A DNA stretch of 63,986 nucleotides, filler included, from Neolecta irregularis DAH-3 (lineage: Eukaryota): the NCBI GenBank assembly GCA_001929475.1. It is 17 parts of 17 records of this genome, joined end to end, with 100 filler letters (N's around TTAATTAATTAA, not from the genome) between each part and the next. Parts side by side here need not be neighbours in the genome. Positions count along the whole stretch, not along the records: positions 10,686 to 13,134 come from LXFE01002164.1; positions 13,235 to 14,787 come from LXFE01002165.1; positions 14,888 to 17,989 come from LXFE01002172.1; positions 18,090 to 38,964 come from LXFE01000117.1; 13 more parts are not named here. The stretch is one strand, 5' to 3'. The stretch's first letter is position 1; each line of letters begins with the position of its first letter. The position numbers were made by a program, and so were the translations under genes. The notes below the pieces were generated by a model. It saw nothing but the letters and a program-made list of their open reading frames with translations. It made no database searches and was not told the origin of the DNA. Shown in pieces: positions 10,686 to 21,778 of the stretch.

Positions 10686-10825
10686 GGGTCGGCAGCCATT
10701 GTAGTGGCAGCCATTGCAATAGAAACATCCTTCGCAATACCACCCAGATAAGCCTGCAACTGGGCACCAGTACCGGCGCTAGCGAGGGCAAGTAAGATCG
10801 AGACTATTGCAAGTTGAGGGAGCAT
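10686..10825 (-). CDS. Secreted protein, 5' end only
   Basis: Signal peptide MLPQLAIVSILLALASA; TATAAA about 45 nt upstream; runs into a gap. Confidence 0.5.
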
Positions 10826-10961
10826 GTTTGATTATTCTGTTGCAAACGAAGCAGGGATTGTTAGTCCTTTATATAGCCATTAAGGCACCTGCACGACGGA
10901 AGAATTTCAGCTCGTGTATCTGGATGCAGGGTTATGATTCAGATAATGTGACAATAGGCGA

Positions 10962-11414
10962 ATTTAGTCTATCCATTGAGGTGTGTCACTAGGAAGCATT
11001 GCTACTCGTATCCGGAAAAGGTAGTAAGAATCCTAATTCGGAAAATAAGTATCCATTCAGTGGCGTTCAAGTCGGACAGCCGAACCGGTATGATGAAATA
11101 CTAACCTCAGCGCCGATTTAACCGACACCCCTCTAAACCCGACACAGTATCCTAAACCCGACAAAATATAAATATGATAAGAATTCCATATATTGTGTTG
11201 GGTTTAGGGGGGCGTCGGTTAAATCGGCGCTAAGCTTATTAGTAATCCCAGACTTCCGGAAAGATTATGACTTGAATAACGGAACTGCCGACTTTAGCTT
11301 GCCTGTTTAGGTGTGTCACAAGGAAACATTGCCGCTCTCATCCGGAAAAGGTGAATCCTAATTCAGAAAAATGTATCCATTACTCTGCATTCGAGTCGAT
11401 CAAGCAGAACCGAT
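10962..11414. repeat. Diverged direct repeat pair (~125 bp; 10962-11090 and 11292-11414)
   Basis: Shared GGTGTGTCAC..ATCCGGAAAAGGT..AATCCTAATTC..GTATCCATT..GAACCG. Confidence 0.8.
11109..11231. mobile_element. MITE-like element (123 bp)
   Basis: Perfect 18-bp terminal inverted repeats AGCGCCGATTTAACCGAC, plus internal CTAAACCCGACA repeats; no clear TSD. Confidence 0.7.
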
Positions 11415-11864
11415 ATTTTTTATTTTCACCCCTCATCCAGGAAAGGGAGTAAGTATCCCTAAATGATGGTATACCAAATATGAAATCATTACAAAAGTCT
11501 GTAATAATAGCACATTCAGCGATATCAGACCTGGACAAGCACAGTCAAGCAGCCGCATCCTCGGCACGCCATCAGCCAGGCGCTGCTTACTCACCTGAAC
11601 CGATGCCTGCAACCAGACACACGCCCGCCAGCCGCAACCCTGCGCTTGTGGTTTGCAGCAGCCCCGCAACCCGCACGCTCAGGCCCTGGACATCCCCGCA
11701 ATCCACTATGCTGCCCATTCTCCTCACAAGCTGCGGCAGTCCCGCAAGCACCACCGCTTCAGACCCAAAGAACCCTTCTGCCTCGGAATATGTTGTCAAT
11801 GATTCACGTGTGTCGTACCTTAGCCTTGTATTAATTCGTATTCAAAAGATTAGTGTTACTTGGC

Positions 11865-12210
11865 CGGGAAGTTAAGCACTGTTATTTGAGTCCGCACGAG
11901 GTTCTCTTTGTAGGTTCAAAGAATGTCTATGTTTACGGATATTCCCTCAAGTTCTGCTTCTTCATAGATATAGGGCCAGACCTTGCTGGCCAATTCGTTT
12001 GGCGCATGGTTGGACTGGAAGATGAACCGCGTCTGCTCGTCTCCTTTTCAAGAAAATATTCCAAGCCAGAAGAGGGTTTTCGCAGTCGATGATGCGTGGA
12101 AGAGGAGCTCATTGATAAACCTGAAAGTAAAATCTTTCCCTTCGGCCATATCGAGGATGCGCAGCAGCGCATGGAACTCAATGCGTTCGCAATAGCAAGA
12201 TTGGTCCTAG
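11865..12210 (-). pseudogene. Decayed reading frame of unknown family
   Basis: Protein-like frame (CERIEFHALLRILDMAEGKDFTFRFINELLF...) interrupted by isolated TAG/TGA codons. Confidence 0.3.
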
Positions 12211-12475
12211 TATTGCGGCATCTCGGATTGCGATTGGTGATCTTGAAGGGTGGCACATTCAGGCTATTGTGTAGCGGCTGTGCAGTACGGAGCAGTGCCC
12301 GACGCCCGGCAGTTGTTCAGGCCCACGCCATACCCGAAGGCTGGCCGTAGGCTATAACATACATTGTACACTATAATACATATCAACAAATAGTCTACCA
12401 CAGCAGATTAGTACCGTACCGTACGGACTGCACGCTGGGTGCTTCTGCAACAACCTGCGCAGCCAGTTCCTTTTC

Positions 12476-13134
12476 TTATACCTTTGGGACATTCTTCCCT
12501 TGCTTCTCATGGTGTCTCTTCAAGGCATTCCCCAATACTGCAAAGAAGACATATGCAATAACCATCATGATATGGCCAAAGTACTAGACCATCAGTTGCA
12601 ACCCACAAAGAATATCTACCAAAGTCCTCTTCAAGATTATCTTGGTGGCCCACCAGTCGGGCGCCTCAAATGGCCGACTTGCATAAGCCATCAGCAGATG
12701 GGTATTTAATATGCAGAGGCAGGTGTAGATCATCATTGACTTTTTTGCTGATCCATCAATGTTCAAGAAGAATGGCCGGATACATTGTCGAAACCCTTCA
12801 CAGTCAGAAAAACGAAAGGCTCGGACGGTGTACTCCCAGAAAGGAATTGCAATGCCGCAACAGTAGAAAACGTGATGAAATACCCAGAATTAAACCCATG
12901 CCATGCAGCACTAAGCAAGTAGGTCGCGCATAAAGCCTCGATACCTGGTTTCTTCCAGGGTGTCACGCGGGTGTAAATATAGTATTTGAGATATCGATGA
13001 GTCGAGGAATTCCAACTTTCCCAGAATTCCGCTACTGACCTTGCTGTTTCACAACGCCGGCAACAAATTGTGGAAATATTGTTCCAGTCATAGGAGCCAT
13101 CTGGGTGGATTCGATATGAGAGGCCGTTCGAAGC
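12476..13134 (-). CDS. MBOAT lysophospholipid acyltransferase, Ale1-like (5' partial, 2 introns)
   Basis: EFWESWNSSTHRYLKYYIYTRV and TYLLSAAWHGFNSGYFITF (catalytic His motif); spliced C-terminus ends ..NVPKV*. Confidence 0.85.
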
Positions 13135-13354
13135 NNNNNNNNNNNNNNNNNNNNNNNNNNNNNNNNNNNNNNNNNNNNTTAATTAATTAANNNNNNNNNN
13201 NNNNNNNNNNNNNNNNNNNNNNNNNNNNNNNNNNATTCCTCGGTTTATATTTATTGACTTGGTGGTGATCAATCTTCAACTTTTATCGCCATGCGAAGCA
13301 GTTGAATTGAGGCTGAGGGTGTTCCGAGAATACCGCAATACCCCTCCATTGCCT

Positions 13355-14239
13355 TTATGAATAGACTTTTGAGAAGAAAAACTCCACAGTTTGTGCCCAA
13401 AACTCCATACTTTTTTCTTGATGCACCATGACTGTACTTTCTGCAAATTCTGCTGCCCAGCCGTGCCCACTGGCGGGATGATCAATGACAAGAGAGTCCA
13501 GGTCGATTTCATTTGTAGTATTAATTCCAGACTGGCGGACCCACATGCCTACTAGCGCATCCTCAGGTCCAATACGTTTCAGATTCTCGCTCTGTCCAAT
13601 GTAAGCCACATAATCCCAGGATAAAGTATATCCGGCGCCGAGCATGTAGAAGCCATCGCCGGGGTGCCCGTCTTTATATATTCGGCCTACATAAGTTCCT
13701 TCCCGTTGAGACAGAGGCCTTAAAACATTCAATAATGCTGGAATATTCAAGAATGTATCGTCATCCGACTTCATTGCATAATCATATGTCCCTTTCTCTG
13801 TATCGTATAAGTGCTTCAAGTAATTGAATGTTTTCCCATCATTCACATTTTCGAGTTGATATTGAAGGACAATATCTCCCCATTCTCTGTTTTCCCATGA
13901 GATCAGCCGATCCATTCCCACTTCTTCATTCTTTCCAAGAATAAATTTAATGGTGACAGTATCACGGGGATCAAGGAACTTTTTCATCTCGCGGTATGTT
14001 TCTCTGATACAGAACCGCTGTCCGAATCTGACATGTGTAGTGAAGATCCCGATGAAAATACGGACTGAGTCTGGAGAAAGAGACACCTCAGTTGTATTGA
14101 GTGATTTCAACGATATCTGTGCGTGATTGACATTTGAGGTTTTTGAGGTTTTGAATATTTCATAGAGGACGAGAAAAAAGATCAAAAGAGAAACTCCAAG
14201 GAAAAACAATGGCCTATGTCCAGTCCATGAAAATTGCAT
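13355..14239 (-). CDS. GT31 beta-1,3-galactosyltransferase (Pvg3-like), intronless
   Basis: Type II membrane anchor; IRETY, WGDIV, ENVNDGKT, MKSDDDTFLN (DxD), YMLGAGYTLSWD and EDALVG motifs. Confidence 0.9.
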   Translation of the reverse strand: MQFSWTGHRPLFFLGVSLLIFFLVLYEIFKTSKTSNVNHAQISLKSLNTTEVSLSPDSVRIFIGIFTTHVRFGQRFCIRETYREMKKFLDPRDTVTIKFILGKNEEVGMDRLISWENREWGDIVLQYQLENVNDGKTFNYLKHLYDTEKGTYDYAMKSDDDTFLNIPALLNVLRPLSQREGTYVGRIYKDGHPGDGFYMLGAGYTLSWDYVAYIGQSENLKRIGPEDALVGMWVRQSGINTTNEIDLDSLVIDHPASGHGWAAEFAESTVMVHQEKSMEFWAQTVEFFFSKVYS

Positions 14240-14266
14240 TGCGGTGGTATGTAAAGGTGGAGATAC

Positions 14267-14652
14267 TGTAAGATGAGGGCCTTGAGGACAAACTAGACTA
14301 GGGTATAGGGCCTTGATGACAAACTAGACTAGGGTATATTGTCTAGCTTTAGTAACGAGAACTTCCTGGGGGATCATACCTAGTTTTAGGAGCGAGAACT
14401 TTGCTAGCAATGGCCTGCAGTAACCCTTTAATATACAAAACCATTTAAGACACTTCTGGGATGAAACACGCCGCTAGTCCTGCTTCCAGCCACATTGGTA
14501 AGGATGTCCTCTGAGTAGAGATATTAAGCGCAATAGAGGTACAATTCAAGTTGAAACACGCAAGTTGTAGCATGCAGGTTAATGTACTCCAATATTGAAT
14601 GTCCGCAATACTGATAACATCTCCACGTGTGGTAAGGACTTATGTCCTTACA
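14267..14652 (+). mobile_element. LTR-like element, TGTAAG...CTTACA family
   Basis: Preceded by PPT-like AAAGGTGGAGATAC; internal ~31-bp tandem duplication; GGGATCATACCTAG family motif; terminal hairpin TGGTAAGGAC-TTAT-GTCCTTACA. Confidence 0.7.
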
Positions 14653-14704
14653 TCTGCCAACAAAGTCATTACAAGAAAGTCAAGGTGGGACCTTTGAGGC
14701 AGCA

Positions 14705-14787
14705 TGTAAGAATGTACCTTTAGGTACACCTTACCAATACGGCAAGAGGCGTGGAATCATATTGCGGCCTTTATGGCCGGATATAAA
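14705..14787 (-). mobile_element. End of an LTR nearly identical to 892-975
   Basis: TACACCTTACCAATACGGCAAGAGGCGTGGAATCATATTGCGGCCTTTATGGCCGGATATAAA is shared exactly. Confidence 0.8.
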
Positions 14788-14887
14788 NNNNNNNNNNNNN
14801 NNNNNNNNNNNNNNNNNNNNNNNNNNNNNNNTTAATTAATTAANNNNNNNNNNNNNNNNNNNNNNNNNNNNNNNNNNNNNNNNNNNN

Positions 14888-17262
14888 TTCGGGTCCGCCG
14901 GCCCAGTCCCCAGCCGCCGAACTCGCCCAGCGCGGTCCGTCGACAGCGGCTGGCTCCGCTGCTTCCACGCATCAGCCTCGCGCACCGCATAGTTGACTTT
15001 CGGGTTCGGATTCGTCGCCTGAAGCTCAAGCTCCTCGATCTGCACCGCAATATCTTCGGGTGTGAGCGACCACGGCCGTGATGTCGCACTGGCCACAGAC
15101 TGGATTCTCGCTCTTTTCGCAGCCCGGTAGTTTTCGCGAGAGTTGCTGGAACGGTGACTCTGACTAAACACCGTCGAGGGTGTCGCTGGATTCTCCAACA
15201 ATATCCCCCCAGGCGCAAGGTTTCGCGTTTGGTGATACTCAGTCATCACTGCGGTATCATTCCGTTTTCTCAGTTGCTGGATTCCAAATGCACGCCCAAG
15301 CCCTACAAGCGCTTCATCGCCGGCCCCTGCTAGTCTCGCCCCCATCTCAACAAAGACTTGAATCGCACTCAGGAAAAATCCAAAGAAAATAACGACCGCG
15401 TGAATAAAAAGTATAATGTATCCCATCCATTGCTTGGCTGCGTTCGAAAGTTCGAGCTGCGGAATAAATATGGTCGAGAGAAGGGAGACGAGTAACCGGC
15501 ACACCGAAAGAAAGATATTAAATCCATTCATTCCACTGATATTTGGGTGCGGGTGCCACGTAAGTAAAGAGAATAGGAATATCACTTCCAGAACGACTAG
15601 CAGAATGATTTGTGCGACTCCAGATGTTTGCACCGCACCGACAATAATTCCTCTTGCCAGTTGGGTCAGTAGTACGACTGTACTAAAAAAGACGGCAGGT
15701 TCGCGATAGGTGTTGTACAATGGCCCGAAAGTGAGGAGATAGTAAAAATCTTCGCTTAATGAAAGTCGTGGGTGTACGCGAACCATCGTGTTAATGATAT
15801 AAATCGGTAGAATTAAAACGAGAAGAACAATCGAGATTACTGCAAAGATTATGTTGAACGTTGGAGATACAGATTCTTCGATAAGTTGATAACAAGTGAA
15901 TAACGAGAGAGGTAGGAAGAAAAAATAAAAACTTCGAAGTATCATGCCTAATATCAGCACAAGTATCGACTGAAATTTGTGTTGCCTTTGAGGAAAGGAA
16001 AGTGCTTTCGCTGAAGGTCCTGATCATATCCCCCACGTGAATAAGCCCACACACTTTTCCCAAGAACTCCAATCTCCGTAATGAAAGTGACAATCCCCAC
16101 AAGTACTAACCACCAAACCATAAACCAAGGAAAGACTTCTTTCGGTTCAAGTCCCACCAAACTCGCGTATCGAGTAAGACCGTATTCTGTATTATTTGCA
16201 ACAGTGATAATACCGGAAGAAGTCCCTAAAATCTGAATAATCAGTTTAATTTAAAACACATTGCTAGACCAAATCAGATCTATGCGTTGTATTAAACATG
16301 AAATCACTCCAACTTGTTCTTGATAGCACGGGCTGATAGAACTCTGGATAGTCCAAACTCAACATCCCCATGATCGTCGCAAACTGCAGATAAAACAGAA
16401 CATCGCTTATTCCGGGTGTTAAAAGTCGTAGAGCATGAGTGTCGACCCCGGCATTGGTTGAAAACCGAACAAGGTCAGTCGTCCCAGTCCATGGATTATA
16501 TCGGCCAACAAAGACAACTTTGATTCCAACAAGAAGTAAAATCGCCAATGGGACATAAGTCAAAGTCATGGTAATGCTTTCCCCGAAATTTGGAGTTGTT
16601 GAAACTTGCAAACATCCAATCACTGGAGCAGATTCCTCACCACCAACGAATTTCAGAGTTGTAATTAATGTGGTAAAACTGAAGTGTGAATGTAGAGGTA
16701 TAGACAAATGGAAAGCTACTGGACCCGAGGAAAGTGGACAAGGCTGAGGTTCGAAAGTCGTTGGATCGACGATAGAGGAGCAGAAGCGCGAGGCACTATC
16801 AAATGTTTGATATTGGAGGACTTTGACTTTGATGAACAGAGTACCTCTCTGTTAGTATGTAATTTAAGAGGATCAGAAAAGGATAACGAAAATAAGTTGA
16901 ATGCATGGCATAGTCGCTTGTATTAGAAAGGGCTCCTTTATCCGCAAGACCGTTAATCAGTGAAGCATCAAATCTAGGACCCTGTCCCGCGCATATATCC
17001 CCCGAAGAAAATGTGATGTTTCACCCCAATCAAAGCATATAAGAGACTTACTTAATTTGTTCGTGTTCTGATCCACATCCTCTACAGTACCATTTAGGTT
17101 CCCCGCAACCGTTAGATTAAGAACGTTATCGCTTCCAAACGATCCTAGAACTGACGTAGGCGTGAATTGATAAGGCACTGAGGGAGAAGAGTCACAGGGT
17201 TCCCATTGTAGCAGTTGTTGAGCAGCAATTAACGAGAGGAACGAAAGGGTCAGGAATCGCAT
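14888..17262 (-). CDS. Fungal TRP-like (Flc/Pkd2 family) membrane channel, multi-exon, 3' partial
   Basis: Signal peptide, ML-like TRP_N domain (STLF..FC..CP, IGCLQVSTTP), LLTPGISDVLFYLQF, LSLDYPEFYQP, FGPLYNTY, multiple TM helices, NYAVREAD. Confidence 0.88.
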
Positions 17263-17569
17263 CGCATTTATGACGACGAAGGAGGAGTGAGTATTGCAAG
17301 GGCAATTGGTGAAGTGCCAGACTAGACACAAAGGGAGAGGAGGTTAAACTAAGATCAAACAAATTGAAATTTTTCGTGGGAGGCGATTACGTAGATGTGT
17401 TTCTAGGATTTATCTACATGCAAGTCCAACTAGAATTTCGTCAAAAACATATCTACATGCAAGTCCACCGATTGTCCTTGAATATTACACAAAACGTTCT
17501 TCAATTGGGTAAAACTCAACATCAAGCGTAAAGAGTCATGTGGTGAAAAGTTGGTCTACATTAGATATT

Positions 17570-17652
17570 TGCTGATTTAGTTCAGAGGTAGGATTCTCGC
17601 TTTGGGCATTTCCCATGCAAGAGGTCTTGGGTTCAATTTCCAACGTCGGCCA
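17570..17652 (+). tRNA. tRNA-Pro(TGG) with 9-nt intron, degenerate (possible pseudogene)
   Basis: GGTAGGATTCTCGCTTTGGG-catttccca-TGCAAGAGGTCTTGGGTTCAATTTCCAACGTCGGCC; cloverleaf has one mismatch in the acceptor stem and one in the anticodon stem. Confidence 0.65.
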
Positions 17653-17725
17653 TTAGTGAACCACAGTCAGCAGTGCTGAAGTGCCCAATTTTATGCGCCT
17701 CAATAGTTTTTCTTGTTCGACTTAA

Positions 17726-17950
17726 TACAGTAGAATCTGGCTGTAGGGAACCTCCTTATAGCGAATCCCGACTGGCTTCCAAAATTGATTGGGGGCTACC
17801 GAATTTAAACCTTACAGTCAAACCTGGCTATAGGGAACCTCCGTAACCCATTACAACGAATCCAACTCTCTGCCAAAATTATTTGTATAAACCTTACAAC
17901 AGAGTTCGTTAGATTAATGCAAAATTCGTTATAAAAAGAATACATGTAAC
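17726..17950 (+). mobile_element. pogo/Tigger-like (Tc1/mariner) terminal remnants
   Basis: Two TA|CAGT.AA.CTGGCT.TAGGGAACCTCC ends; AACGAATCCAACTCT and TTCGTTAGATTAA are shared with 51251-51400. Confidence 0.6.
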
Positions 17951-18089
17951 GCCGCCCTGTTATTATAAATAAACAAAAGATTGCTCTGCNNNNNNNNNNN
18001 NNNNNNNNNNNNNNNNNNNNNNNNNNNNNNNNNTTAATTAATTAANNNNNNNNNNNNNNNNNNNNNNNNNNNNNNNNNNNNNNNNNNNN

Positions 18090-18875
18090 GTCTGAGAGCT
18101 TCAGAGAAGGTTGGCGCTTCCGTCGGAAATATCATGAATTCTTGAAATGGCAAAATTCCACCAGCATGACTGCCTGGAGAGAGTAAGCATCAGGTAACGT
18201 ATCAACAGAATACCTCCGTTGATAACATTAAAACATGGAACGGGAAGAACAAACTCTTTGTTTAAACCAGTCAGCTCTGCGATGTGAGCGTATAAAGGAA
18301 TTTTCTAGGGGGTAAGCAGATGATATGTCAAAGAAATCCCTTCTCAGCTGCTGCAGCTTTGCAAATCGCCATAGAGACACCTAGGATCGCATTGGCTCCA
18401 AGATTGGCTACTTGTAAGATTTTTCTGGGAACAGTGACGGATACACTTATTGTCGGTTCCATCAAGTTTATTCAGGAACTTGTCAACGGCTTTTTGGTCC
18501 TTTATATCCAAATTGGTCTTGATAAGGGCTGGGGCGATAATGTCATTCACGTTAGAAATGGCTTTAATAACACCTAGATGTTTCAATTGGTGCCTATCGA
18601 TGATATGAATCCTACCCTTCCCGCTCCATTTCGATTTATCTTTATCACGAAGCTCAAGGGCTTCATAGATACCTGCATTTATAAGAATTTAAAGTCATAG
18701 AATGACCGTTACCGGTACTAGCACCAGATGGGACAATACTTCTGTGAGTGCCAGTTTCAGTGACAACATCGACTTCGACGGTAGGATTTCCTTGCATGTT
18801 AGTGCAACCATTCCATCAATTGTGTTTACCTCGCGAATCGTAAACAGTTCGAGCGTAGATATTCTGGATGGCCAT
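18090..18875 (-). CDS. ENO1: Enolase (3' partial, multi-exon)
   Basis: [95 protein letters not shown]. Confidence 0.97.
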
Positions 18876-18993
18876 AACGACTCAATAATGAGGAAGTCGG
18901 GGGAAAAGGTTCAAGTTAAAACTTAATAGAGCAACCCTGTTTCTGCAGTAAAGCAACATGGCCTTGTATTGGTTTAACTGAACTATAATTTCA

Positions 18994-19249
18994 AGGCTGT
19001 AATGGCTTGGGGGATAGCTCCTCATCGTTGAATCCACCCTTTCGGATGGTGAATATGAATGAAGCGTCGTCTGTTCAGATCCCGCTCCCGTTGAATTTCA
19101 CTTCCTGAGTAATCTGGATTTGGGCACGGTTAGATAGGCGTGACCGTCCCAGGCCGGCAACGGAGCAGGACAGCGTCTAGTGTGGATATGCCGAGCAGGT
19201 AGCGAGCTTGACTCGTTATTCGGAGGGTCAACGTCGAGTAAACCTTTTT
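18994..19249 (+). ncRNA. SCR1: Signal recognition particle (SRP/7SL) RNA
   Basis: Fungal Alu-domain 5' end AGGCTGTAATGGCTT; helix-8 SRP54 site CCAGGCCGGCAACGGAGCAGG; ~256 nt; Pol III T-run terminator; upstream TATA-like box. Confidence 0.92.
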
Positions 19250-19295
19250 CTTGCTGTTCATTCTAAAAGTATCCTCGGAGATGACATAATAATGT

Positions 19296-20971
19296 TTAAG
19301 GTACTCTATTATCACACTCTTTTCCATTGACTTTCAAGCAGACGAGAAAGCCTCCATTTTGGGCACCTTTCACAACCTTCCATCTTCCTGTTCTTGTCTC
19401 GCTCCCAACAGCAAATGCGATTGTAACTCCATCAATCCCTCGCTTCCCTCGTTCAGTCACACATATTTTATTTATCACCCCTTTCACTTGGACGGGAATC
19501 CTGCCTACCCTCTCAAAGCTCTTCAAATCTGCAGAAATCTTGAAGAGATTCAGAAATCCGTCCCAAGATCCCGAAATAAACATGTCCGAGTATGGAATTG
19601 AACCGAGTGCCGTGATCCACCGAGCTTGCGGAGGGAGATTGCCAGTGGGTGGATCTAACTCTGCTGAATGCTTTGATTGGTCGGGTATATCGTGCCCATG
19701 GGCTAACTGAACGGTATAAATCGCTTTTTTTCTCGCAACACTCCATAGACGTATTGAGCTATATTGTTAGCGAGGCTCTGAAATAAGACTAACCCATTGT
19801 CGCTTCCAGTAATGAAATGTTCTTCATCGATCATGCACACGCAATCCGTACTCCCCTCCTCAAATATCCGACTACCGCCAATTTCAGCCTCTAGCTTACG
19901 GTTTGACGATCCTTCACCACCTCCTCTGAACACCAACTGGGTTTCATCGACAATTTTCCAAACTCTAGCTGTGCGGTCTCGACTTCCTGTGGAAACACAT
20001 CTCTCGTTTGAGAATGCAGATATCGAAATTACAGAATCTTGATGGCCAAAGAGGGTTTCGACGTATGTCATTTGATCCAGCTGCCATGACTTTATAGTTC
20101 GATCGGAGGAACAGGAAAATAGTTGGTTTGAGTTGTGACGAAAAGAAATATCCTATGAGTCAGCCTTGATAAACCAGGAGATGGTATGCATTAACGGAAT
20201 CTCGGTGATGTTTCCAGCATCTCACGACATCCAGATTCGATACAAGCCGAACCACGATTCTTCCATCTTGCCCGGCAGTGACCACCCACTCACCATTATT
20301 ACTTACCTCAACCGCCAAGATTTCGGCACTATGGCCTTGAAACTGAGCATCTCCATCCCGGTTTCCCGGAGCAGAAGCAGAAAATATGGGTTTTCTGGGA
20401 TTTGAGATATCCCATTTTACCAACAGGGCATCTTTTGATACTGTGAAGAGAGTGTCTTTGTATATTGCGATGGAAGTTACAGATGCTTTAGGTCGTTTCA
20501 AAAATGATACTGACGTTGGGGTTGTTAGATCAACCTTTGAAGCAATTCTAAGAAATATTTTCCCTTTTGTCTGGAGCTAGGAATGTCAATTTTGTGCAAC
20601 TGAGAACAACGGACAGCATCATCACGAAGTCTTTGTGCCAGTATATCGCGATCGACGTCTTCAGCATCGAAATCAGTCTCAGCTTTCCAGTATCAGCAAT
20701 GCCCTAAAAACCACCCAATACCAATATCCCTCTTTAGGCTCTCCAAATAGTCTTTTGCCAAGCGGACTCGCTTATCTGGTGCTGATTCTCCGGCAAATCC
20801 ATTCGAGTCCTCGCTTTCGATATCGCCAATATGCTTTTCGTTGTCGCTTTCGCTTCCCGAAATTTCTTCATCATGAACGATTTTCTTCTCCTTTGTGGCT
20901 TTTGGTATTCGAGAGGTAAATTTATCCTTCCGTTTACGTTTTTTCGTGGAGGCAAAGAACGGATCCGACAT
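19296..20971 (-). CDS. RRP9: U3 snoRNP WD40 protein Rrp9 (multi-exon)
   Basis: MSDPFF start, ESAPDKRVRLAKDYLESL, YVETLFGHQD, RVWKIVDETQLVFRGG, GSETRTGRWKV. Confidence 0.95.
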
Positions 20972-21088
20972 TTCTGGCGAACAGTACCAAAACTTTTTTC
21001 GCACAAGATGTTTGGCAACACGTGACGTAGTATTAACACCTTAACGGCAAACGTACGTCAGCCCAATCCTTTGTCAGAAAACATCGCG

Positions 21089-21760
21089 ATGGAGGTTCTT
21101 CTTGCTATTAGAGGCGCCAATTTTGTGCTATGCGCTTCAAATAAAGCTGCGGTTCGAGGTATTACGGTTATCAAAGATACAGACGACAAAACAAGAAAAT
21201 TGAACGATCACAATCTAGTGTTGTATTCTGGGGAAGCTGGAGATACTGTCCAATTCACTGGTATGTGTTGTATTTGAGCAGCGAATGTTTGATTGATGGC
21301 ATAGAGTATATTCAGGCGAATATTCGACTTTACGGAATGCGAAACGAATGCGAATTGAACCCGGAAGCTGTCGCTTCATTCACCCGTCGGGAACTAGCTG
21401 ATTCTTTACGGAGTCGTGTATAATCGAGTCTTTTGGCATAAAACTAACTTGCAGAAACCGTACCAGGTCAATCTTCTCCTGGCCGGGTTTGACGTGGTAA
21501 CGAATAAAGCACATCTACACTGGATAGACTATCTTGGCGCTTCAGTCGCCGTTCCTTATGCTGCTCATGGCTACGCCGCTTATTACTGCATGAGTATCTT
21601 TGATAGATACCATCGTCCAGATATCACGCTAGAAGAAGCCAATGATATTCTGAAGAAATGTTTCCAGGAATTGGAAAAGCGGTTACCCGTAGATGTTAAG
21701 GGATTTAATATTCATGTCGTCAACAAAAATGGTGTCATGCTATCATCTGATGGGATTTAG
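21089..21760 (+). CDS. PRE1: 20S proteasome subunit beta-4 (2 introns)
   Basis: MEVLLAIRG..., [39 protein letters not shown]. Confidence 0.96.
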
Positions 21761-21778
21761 CTCGTTACAATACATCTG

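Noticed and set aside
16845-17051. TPP riboswitch or canonical C/D snoRNA in the long intron
   Set aside because: There is no CUGAGA/UGAUC aptamer core and no RUGAUGA box C, so it is kept only as an unclassified structure.
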